Below, one piece after another: positions 1 through 10,645 of a stretch of 64,000 nt of DNA. Origin of the DNA: the human T2T-CHM13v2.0 reference genome, Homo sapiens; the NCBI RefSeq assembly GCF_009914755.1, contig NC_060933.1; one strand, given 5' to 3'. A program made the position numbers and the translations under genes. Numbering within the stretch: the first letter of the stretch is position 1; each line of letters opens with the position of its first letter. The notes under the pieces were generated by a model that was not told where the DNA came from, searched no databases, and was given only the letters and a program-made list of their open reading frames with translations.

Positions 1-3000
1 TGGAACAGAACGGAACGGAACGGAACGGAACGGAACGGAATGGAATGGAATGGAATGGAATGGAATGGAATCAACCCGACTGCAGGGGAATGGAATGGAA
101 TGGAATGCAATGGAATGGATTCAACTTGAATGGAATGGAAAGAATGGAATCAACACGAGTGGAATGGCATGGATTGGAATGGAATGGAATGGAATCAACC
201 CGAGTACAGGGGAATGGAATGGAATGGAATGCAGTGGAATGGAATCATCCGTAATGGAATGGAAAGGAATGGAATGGAATGGAATGGAATGGAATGGAAT
301 GGAATCAACTCGATTGCAATCGAATGGAATGGAATGGAATCAACCCGAGTGCAATCGAATGGAATCGAATGGAATGGAATGCAATGGAATGGATTCAACT
401 TGAATGGAATGGAAAGAATGGAATCAACACGAGTGGAAGGGCATGGATTGGAATGCAATGGAATGGAATCAACCCGAGTACAGGGGAATGGAATGGAATG
501 GAATGCAATGGAATTTAATCATCCGTAATGGAATGGAAAGGAATGGAATGGAATGGAATGGAATGGAATGGAATGGAATCAACACGATTGCAATCGAATG
601 GAATGGAATGGAATTAACCCGAATAGAATGGAATGGAATGGAATGGAATGGAACGGAATGGAATGGAATGGAATGGAATGGAATCAACGCGAGTGTAGGG
701 GAATGGAATGGAATGGAATGCAATGGAATGGAATCTTCCGGAATGGAATGGAATGGAATGGAATGGAATGAAATGCAATGGATTCAACTTGATTGCAATG
801 GAATGTAATAGAATGGAATGGAATGGAATGGAATGGAATTAACCCGAATAGAATGGAATGGAATGGAATGGAACGGAATGGAACGGAATGGAATGCAATG
901 GAATGGAATGGAATGGAATGGAATGGTATGGAATGGAATGGAATGGTACGGAATAGAATGGAATGGAACGAATTGTAATGGAATGGAATTGAATGGAATG
1001 GAATGGAATGGAATGGAATCAACGCGAGTGCAGGGGAATGTAATGGAACGGAATGCAATGGAATGGAATCATCCAGAATGGAATGGAATGGAATGGAATG
1101 GAATGGAATCAACCCGAGTGCATTGGAATGGAGTGGAATGGAATGGAATGGAATGGAACAACCCGAATGGAATGGAATGTAATGGAGAGTAAGGGAGTTG
1201 AATAGAATCAATCCGAATGTAATGGAATGGAATGCAACGGAATGGAATGGAATGGAATGCAATGGAATGCAATCAACCCGAGTTCAATGGAATGGAATGG
1301 AATGGAATGGAATGGAATGGAATGGAATGGAATGCCTTCAAACCGAATGGAATGGAAAGGAATGGAATCAACACGAGTGGAATGGAATGGAATGGAATGG
1401 AATGGAATGATACGGAATAGAATGGAATGGAACGAAATGGAATGGAATGGAATGGAATGGAATGGAATCGTTCCGAGTGGAATAGGAGGGAATGTATTCG
1501 AGTGGAATGGAAAGGAATGGAATCAACCAGAGTGGAATGGAAGGGAATGGAATGGAATGGAAACTAATAGAATGGAATCAACCCGAGTGGAATGGAATGG
1601 AAAGGACTGGAATGGAATGGAATGGAATGGAATGGAATGGAATCAACTCGATTGTAATGGAATGGAATGAAATGGAATGGAATGGAATGGAATGAAATGG
1701 AATGGAATTAACCCGAATACAATGGAATGGAATGGAATGGAACGGAATGGAGTGGAATGGAATGGAATCAACCCGAGTGCAGGGGAAGGGAATGGAAGCA
1801 ATGCAATGGAATGGAATCATCCGGAATGGAATGGAATGGAATTGAATGCAAAGCAATGGAATCAACTCGATTGCAATGGAATAGAATGGAATGGAAAGGA
1901 ATACATTGGAATCAACCCGAGTCGAATGGAATGGAAAGGACTGGAATGGAGTGGAATGGAATGGAATGGAATGGAATGGAATCAACTCGATTGGAATGGA
2001 ATGGAATGGAATGGAATGGAATGGAATGGAATTAACCCGAATAGAATGGAATGGAGTGGAATGGAACGGAACGGAACGGAACGGAACGGAACGGAATGGA
2101 ATGGAATGGAATGGAATGGAATGGAATGGAATCAACCCGACTGCAGGGGAATGGAATGGAATGGAATGCAATGGAATGGATTCAACTTGAATGGAATGGA
2201 AAGAATGGAATCAACACGAGTGGAATGGCATGGATTGGAATGGAATGGAATGGAATCAACCCGAGTACAGGGGAATGGAATGGAATGGAATGCAATGGAA
2301 TGGAATCATCCGTAATGGAATGGAAAGGAATGGAATGGAATGGAATGGAATGGAATCGAATGGAATGGAATGGAATCAACTCGATTGCAATCGAATGGAA
2401 TGGAATGGAATCAACCCGAGTGCAATCGAATGGAATCGAATGGAATGGAATGCAATGGAATGGATTCAACTTGAATGGAATGGAAAGAATGGAATCAACA
2501 CGAGTGGAAGGGCATGGATTGGAATGCAATGGAACGGAATCAACCCGAGTACAGGGGAATGGAATGGAATGGAATGCAATGGAATTTAATCATCCGTAAT
2601 GGAATGGAAAGGAATGGAATGGAATGGAATGGAATGGAATGGAATCAACACGATTGCAATCGAATGGAATGGAATGGAATTAACCCGAATAGAATGGAAT
2701 GGAATGGAATGAAATGTAACGGAACGGAATGGAATGGAATGGAATGGAACGGAACGGAATGAAATGGAATGGAATGGAATGGAATGGAATGGAATCAACG
2801 CGAGTGTAGGGGAATGGAATGGAATGGAATGCAATGGAATGGAATCTTCCGGAATGGAATGGAATGGAATGGAATGGAATGAAATGCAATGGATTCAACT
2901 TGATTGCAATGGAATGTAATAGAATGGAATGGAATGGAATGGAATGGAATTAACCCGAATAGAATGGAATGGAATGGAATGGAACGGAATGGAACGGAAT

Positions 3001-4450
3001 GGAATGCAATGGAATGGAATGGAATGGAATGGAATGGTATGGAATGGAATGGAATGGTACGGAATAGAATGGAATGGAACGAATTGTAATGGAATGGAAT
3101 TGAATGGAATGGAATGGAATGGAATGGAATCAACGCGAGTGCAGGGGAATGTAATGGAACGGAATGCAATGGAATGGAATCATCCAGAATGGAATGGAAT
3201 GGAATGGAATGGAATGGAATCAACCCGAGTGCATTGGAATGGAGTGGAATGGAATGGAATGGAATGGAACAACCCGAATGGAATGGAATGGAATGGAGAG
3301 TAAGGGAGTTGAATAGAATCAATCCGAATGTAATGGAATGGAATGCAACGGAATGGAATGGAATGGAATGCAATGGAATGCAATCAACCCGAGTACAATG
3401 GAATGGAATGGAATGGAATGGAATGGAATGGAATGGAATGCCTTCAAACCGAATGGAATGGAAAGGAATGGAATCAACACGAGTGGAATGGAATGGAATG
3501 GAATGGAATGGAATGATACGGAATAGAATGGAATGGAACGAAATGGAATGGAATGGAATGGAATGGAATGGAATCGTTCCGAGTGGAATAGGAGGGAATG
3601 TATTCGAGTGGAATGGAAAGGAATGGAATCAACCAGAGTGGAATGGAAGGGAATGGAATGGAATGGAAACTAATAGAATGTAATCAACCCGAGTGGAATG
3701 GAATGGAAAGGACTGGAATGGAATGGAATGGAATGGAATGGAATGGAATCAACTCGATTGTAATGGAATGGAATGAAATGGAATGGAATGGAATGGAATG
3801 AAATGGAATGGAATTAACCCGAATACAATGGAATGGAATGGAATGGAACGGAATGGAGTGGAATGGAATGGAATCAACCCGAGTGCAGGGGAAGGGAATG
3901 GAAGCAATGCAATGGAATGGAATCATCCGGAATGGAATGGAATGGAATTGAATGCAAAGCAATGGAATCAACTCGATTGCAATGGAATAGAATGGAATGG
4001 AAAGGAATACATTGGAATCAACCCGAGTCGAATGGAATGGAAAGGACTGGAATGGAGTGGAATGGAATGGAATGGAATGGAATGGAATCAACTCGATTGG
4101 AATGGAATGGAATGGAATGGAATGGAATGGAATTAACCCGAATAGAATGGAATGGAGTGGAATGGAACGGAACGGAACGGAACGGAAAGGAACGGAACGG
4201 AATGGAATGGAATGGAATGGAATGGAATGGAATCAACCCGACTGCAGGGGAATGGAATGGAATGGAATGCAATGGAATGGATTCAACTTGAATGGAATGG
4301 AAAGAATGGAATCAACACGAGTGGAATGGCATGGATTGGAATGGAATGGAATGGAATCAACCCGAGTACAGGGGAATGGAATGGAATGGAATGCAATGGA
4401 ATGGAATCATCCGTAATGGAATGGAAAGGAATGGAATGGAATGGAATGGA
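1..4450 (+). repeat. ~2.1 kb higher-order repeat units in tandem (two full copies plus the start of a third)
   Basis: CAACCCGACTGCAGG occurs at 72, 2133 and 4234. GCCTTCAAACCG is at ~1334 and ~3440, and GGGGAAGGGAATGGAAGCAATGC at ~1782 and ~3887. ORF track pairs 684/2795 and 1492/3598 agree. The same period recurs at 6535/8631 and 13878/15974. Confidence 0.9.
730..744. promoter_or_regulatory. Perfect heat shock element motif gGAAt-cTTCc-gGAAt (representative of roughly 38 copies; motif match only)
   Basis: GGAATCTTCCGGAAT matches nGAAn-nTTCn-nGAAn exactly. Other copies start at 2841, 5797, 7243, 9349, 13145, 14586, 16687, 18540, 19398, 21789, 26994, 28387, 30054, 31134, 31863, 33565, 36176, 36556, 37041 and 39421, with counterparts in the second 21 kb copy. 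Binding is not shown by sequence. Confidence 0.55.
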
Positions 4451-6148
4451 ATGTAATGGAATGGAATGCAACGGAATGGAATGGAATGGAATGCAATGGA
4501 ATGCAATCAACCCGAGTACAATGGAATGGAATGGAATGGAATGGAATGGAATGGAATGGAATGCCTTCAAACCGAATGGAATGGAAAGGAATGGAATCAA
4601 CACGAATGGAATGGAATGGAATGGAATGGAATGGAATGGAATGGAATGATACGGAATAGAATGGAATGGAACGAAATGGAATGGAATGGAATGGAATGGA
4701 ATGGAATCGTTCCGAGTGGAATAGGAGGGAATGTATTCGAGTGGAATGGAAAGGAATGGAATCAACCAGAGTGGAATGGAAGGGAATGGAATGGAATGGA
4801 AACTAATAGAATGGAATCAACCAGAGTGGAATGGAATGGAAAGGACTGGAATGGAATGGAATGGAATGGAATCAACTCGATTGTAATGGAATGGAATGGA
4901 ATGGAATGGAATGGAATGGAATTAACCCGAATACAATGGAATGGAATGGAATGGAACGGAATGGAGTGGAATGGAATGGAATCAACCAGAGTGCAGGGGA
5001 ATGGAATGGAATGGAATTCCATGGAATGGAATCATCCGGAATGGAATGGAATGGAATGAAATGCAAAGCAATGGAATCAACTCGATTGCAATGGAATGGA
5101 ATGGAATGGAAAGGAATACATTGGAATCAACCCGAGTGGAATGAAATGGAAAGGACTGGAATGGAGTGGAATGGAATGGAATGGAATGGAATCAACTCGA
5201 TTGGAATGGAATGGAATGGAATGGAATGGAATGGAATGGAATGGAATTAACCCGAATAGAATGGAATGGAATGGAATGGAACGGAACGGAACGGAATGGA
5301 ATGGAATGGAATGGAATGGAATGGAATGGAATGGAATCAACCCGACTGCAGGGGAATGGAATGGAATGGAATGCAATGGAATAGATTCAACTTGAATGGA
5401 ATGGAAAGAATGGAATCAACACGACTGGAATGGCATGGATTCGAATGGAATGGAAAGGAATGAACCCGAGTACAGGGGAATGGAATGGAATGGAATGCAA
5501 TGGAATGGAATCATCCGTAATGGAATTGAAAGGAATGGAATGGAATGGAATGGAATGGAATGGAATGGAATGGAATGGAATCAACTCGATTGCAATCGAA
5601 TGGATTGGAATGGAATTAACCCGAATAGAATGGAATGGAATGGAATGGAATGGAATGGAAAGGAATGGAATGGAATGGAATGGAATGGAATGGAATGGAA
5701 TGGAACGGAAAGGAAGGGAATGCAATGGAATAGAATGGAATGGAATGGAATCAACGCGAGTGCAGGGGAATGGAATGGAATGGAATGCAATGGAATGGAA
5801 TCTTCCGGAATGGAATGGAATGGAATGGAATGGAATCAACCCGAGTGCAATGGAATGGAGTGGAATGGAATGGAATGGAATGGAACAACCCGAATGGAAT
5901 GGAATGTAATGGAGAGTAAGGGAGTTGAATAGAATCAATCCGAATGTAATGGAATGGAATGGAACGGAATGGAATTGAATGGAATGGAATGGAATGCAAT
6001 GGAATGGAATCAACCTGAGTGCAATGGAATGGAGAGGAATGGAATGGAATGGAATGGAAACTACCCGAATGAAATGGAATGTAATGGAGTGTAAGGGAAT
6101 TGAATAGAATCAATCCGAATGTAATGGAATGGAATGGAACGGAATGGA
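1726..6148 (+). repeat. ~4.4 kb internally deleted copy of a ~5.4 kb higher-order unit
   Basis: An offset of 4402 relates ORFs 2051/6453, 2795/7197, 3114/7516 and 3684/8086. After the junction at ~4440-4455 the offset to the next copy becomes ~5385-5390 (4762/10152), implying ~990 bp missing from this copy. Confidence 0.8.
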
Positions 6149-9100
6149 GTGGAATGGAATGGAATCAACCCGAGTGCAGGGGAAGGGAATGGAAGCAATG
6201 CAATGGAATGGAATCATCCGGAATGGAATGGAATGGAATTGAATGCAAAGCAATGGAATCAACTCGATTGCAATGGAATAGAATGGAATGGAAAGGAATA
6301 CATTGGAATCAACCCGAGTCGAATGGAATGGAAAGGACTGGAATGGAGTGGAATGGAATGGAATGGAATGGAATGGAATCAACTCGATTGGAATGGAATG
6401 GAATGGAATGGAATGGAATGGAATGGAATGGAATTAACCCGAATAGAATGGAATGGAGTGGAATGGAACGGAACGGAACGGAACGGAACGGAACGGAATG
6501 GAATGGAATGGAATGGAATGGAATGGAATGGAATCAACCCGACTGCAGGGGAATGGAATGGAATGGAATGCAATGGAATGGATTCAACTTGAATGGAATG
6601 GAAAGAATGGAATCAACACGAGTGGAATGGCATGGATTGGAATGGAATGGAATGGAATCAACCCGAGTACAGGGGAATGGAATGGAATGGAATGCAATGG
6701 AATGGAATCATCCGTAATGGAATGGAAAGGAATGGAATGGAATGGAATGGAATGGAATCGAATGGAATGGAATGGAATCAACTCGATTGCAATCGAATGG
6801 AATGGAATGGAATCAACCCGAGTGCAATCGAATGGAATCGAATGGAATGGAATGCAATGGAATGGATTCAACTTGAATGGAATGGAAAGAATGGAATCAA
6901 CACGAGTGGAAGGGCATGGATTGGAATGCAATGGAACGGAATCAACCCGAGTACAGGGGAATGGAATGGAATGGAATGCAATGGAATTTAATCATCCGTA
7001 ATGGAATGGAAAGGAATGGAATGGAATGGAATGGAATGGAATGGAATCAACACGATTGCAATCGAATGGAATGGAATGGAATTAACCCGAATAGAATGGA
7101 ATGGAATGGAATGGAATGGAACGGAACGGAATGGAATGGAATGGAATGGAACGGAACGGAATGAAATGGAATGGAATGGAATGGAATGGAATGGAATCAA
7201 CGCGAGTGTAGGGGAATGGAATGGAATGGAATGCAATGGAATGGAATCTTCCGGAATGGAATGGAATGGAATGGAATGGAATGAAATGCAATGGATTCAA
7301 CTTGATTGCAATGGAATGTAATAGAATGGAATGGAATGGAATGGAATGGAATTAACCCGAATAGAATGGAATGGAATGGAATGGAACGGAATGGAACGGA
7401 ATGGAATGCAATGGAATGGAATGGAATGGAATGGAATGGTATGGAATGGAATGGAATGGTACGGAATAGAATGGAATGGAACGAATTGTAATGGAATGGA
7501 ATTGAATGGAATGGAATGGAATGGAATGGAATCAACGCGAGTGCAGGGGAATGTAATGGAACGGAATGCAATGGAATGGAATCATCCAGAATGGAATGGA
7601 ATGGAATGGAATGGAATGGAATCAACCCGAGTGCATTGGAATGGAGTGGAATGGAATGGAATGGAATGGAACAACCCGAATGGAATGGAATGGAATGGAG
7701 AGTAAGGGAGTTGAATAGAATCAATCCGAATGTAATGGAATGGAATGCAACGGAATGGAATGGAATGGAATGCAATGGAATGCAATCAACCCGAGTACAA
7801 TGGAATGGAATGGAATGGAATGGAATGGAATGGAATGGAATGCCTTCAAACCGAATGGAATGGAAAGGAATGGAATCAACACGAGTGGAATGGAATGGAA
7901 TGGAATGGAATGGAATGATACGGAATAGAATGGAATGGAACGAAATGGAATGGAATGGAATGGAATGGAATGGAATCGTTCCGAGTGGAATAGGAGGGAA
8001 TGTATTCGAGTGGAATGGAAAGGAATGGAATCAACCAGAGTGGAATGGAAGGGAATGGAATGGAATGGAAACTAATAGAATGTAATCAACCCGAGTGGAA
8101 TGGAATGGAAAGGACTGGAATGGAATGGAATGGAATGGAATGGAATGGAATCAACTCGATTGTAATGGAATGGAATGAAATGGAATGGAATGGAATGGAA
8201 TGAAATGGAATGGAATTAACCCGAATACAATGGAATGGAATGGAATGGAACGGAATGGAGTGGAATGGAATGGAATCAACCCGAGTGCAGGGGAAGGGAA
8301 TGGAAGCAATGCAATGGAATGGAATCATCCGGAATGGAATGGAATGGAATTGAATGCAAAGCAATGGAATCAACTCGATTGCAATGGAATAGAATGGAAT
8401 GGAAAGGAATACATTGGAATCAACCCGAGTCGAATGGAATGGAAAGGACTGGAATGGAGTGGAATGGAATGGAATGGAATGGAATGGAATCAACTCGATT
8501 GGAATGGAATGGAATGGAATGGAATGGAATTAACCCGAATAGAATGGAATGGAGTGGAATGGAACGGAACGGAACGGAACGGAAAGGAACGGAACGGAAT
8601 GGAATGGAATGGAATGGAATGGAATGGAATCAACCCGACTGCAGGGGAATGGAATGGAATGGAATGCAATGGAATGGATTCAACTTGAATGGAATGGAAA
8701 GAATGGAATCAACACGAGTGGAATGGCATGGATTGGAATGGAATGGAATGGAATCAACCCGAGTACAGGGGAATGGAATGGAATGGAATGCAATGGAATG
8801 GAATCATCCGTAATGGAATGGAAAGGAATGGAATGGAATGGAATGGAATGGAATGGAATGGAATGGAATGGAATGGAATCAACTCGATTGCAATCGAATG
8901 GAATGGAATGGAATCAACCCGAGTGCAATCGAATGGAATCGAATGGAATGGAATGCAATGGAATGGATTCAACTTGAATGGAATGGAAAGAATGGAATCA
9001 ACACGAGTGGAAGGGCATGGATTGGAATGCAATGGAATGGAATCAACCCGAGTACAGGGGAATGGAATGGAATGGAATGCAATGGAATTTAATCATCCGT

Positions 9101-10645
9101 AATGGAATGGAAAGGAATGGAATGGAATGGAATGGAATGGAAAGGAATCAACACGATTGCAATCGAATGGAATGGAATGGAATTAACCCGAATAGAATGG
9201 AATGGAATGGAATGGAATGGAACGGAATGGAATGGAATGGAATGGAATGGAATGGAACGGAACGGAATGAAATGGAATGGAATGGAATGGAATGGAATGG
9301 AATCAACGCGAGTGTAGGGGAATGGAATGGAATGGAATGCAATGGAATGGAATCTTCCGGAATGGAATGGAATGGAATGGAATGGAATGAAATGCAATGG
9401 ATTCAACTTGATTGCAATGGAATGTAATAGAATGGAATGGAATGGAATGGAATGGAATTAACCCGAATAGAATGGAATGGAATGCAATGGAACGGAATGG
9501 AACGGAATGGAATGCAATGGAATGGAATGGAATGGAATGGAATGGTATGGAATGGAATGGAATGGTACGGAATAGAATGGAATGGAACGAATTGTAATGG
9601 AATGGAATTGAATGGAATGGAATGGAATGGAATGGAATCAACGCGAGTGCAGGGGAATGTAACGGAACGGAATGCAATGGAATGGAATCATCCAGAATGG
9701 AATGGAATGGAATGGAATGGAATGGAATCAACCCGAGTGCATTGGAATGGAGTGGAATGGAATGGAATGGAATGGAACAACCCGAATGGAATGGAATGTA
9801 ATGGAGAGTAAGGGAGTTGAATAGAATCAATCCGAATGTAATGGAATGGAATGCAACGGAATGGAATGGAATGGAATGCAATGGAATGCAATCAACCCGA
9901 GTACAATGGAATGGAATGGAATGGAATGGAATGGAATGGAATGGAATGGAATGCCTTCAAACCGAATGGAATGGAAAGGAATGGAATCAACACGAATGGA
10001 ATGGAATGGAATGGAATGGAATGGAATGGAATGGAATGATACGGAATAGAATGGAATGGAACGAAATGGAATGGAATGGAATGGAATGGAATGGAATCGT
10101 TCCGAGTGGAATAGGAGGGAATGTATTCGAGTGGAATGGAAAGGAATGGAATCAACCAGAGTGGAATGGAAGGGAATGGAATGGAATGGAAACTAATAGA
10201 ATGGAATCAACCAGAGTGGAATGGAATGGAAAGGACTGGAATGGAATGGAATGGAATGGAATCAACTCGATTGTAATGGAATGGAATGGAATGGAATGGA
10301 ATGGAATGGAATTAACCCGAATACAATGGAATGGAATGGAATGGAACGGAATGGAGTGGAATGGAATGGAATCAACCAGAGTGCAGGGGAATGGAATGGA
10401 ATGGAATTCCATGGAATGGAATCATCCGGAATGGAATGGAATGGAATGAAATGCAAAGCAATGGAATCAACTCGATTGCAATGGAATGGAATGGAATGGA
10501 AAGGAATACATTGGAATCAACCCGAGTGGAATGAAATGGAAAGGACTGGAATGGAGTGGAATGGAATGGAATGGAATGGAATGGAATGGAATGGAATGGA
10601 ATCAACTCGATTGGAATGGAATGGAATGGAATGGAATGGAATGGA
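3276..10645 (+). repeat. ~7.35 kb tandem duplication, copy 1
   Basis: Offsets of 7333-7353 hold across the segment: GAGAGTAAGGG 3296/10644; ORFs 4283/11636, 4466/11819, 5751/13099, 6453/13796 and 8978/16316; ATCAACTCGATTGG 10601/17934. Confidence 0.9.

Noticed and set aside
1468-1500. GGAATCGTTCCGAGT as a heat shock element
   Set aside because: GAA and TTC are separated by 3 nt rather than 2 and the third unit is GAG, so it does not fit nGAAnnTTCnnGAAn.
1778-1800. G-quadruplex potential at CAGGGGAAGGG and similar motifs
   Set aside because: There are at most two G3+ tracts close together, while four are needed for a canonical G4.
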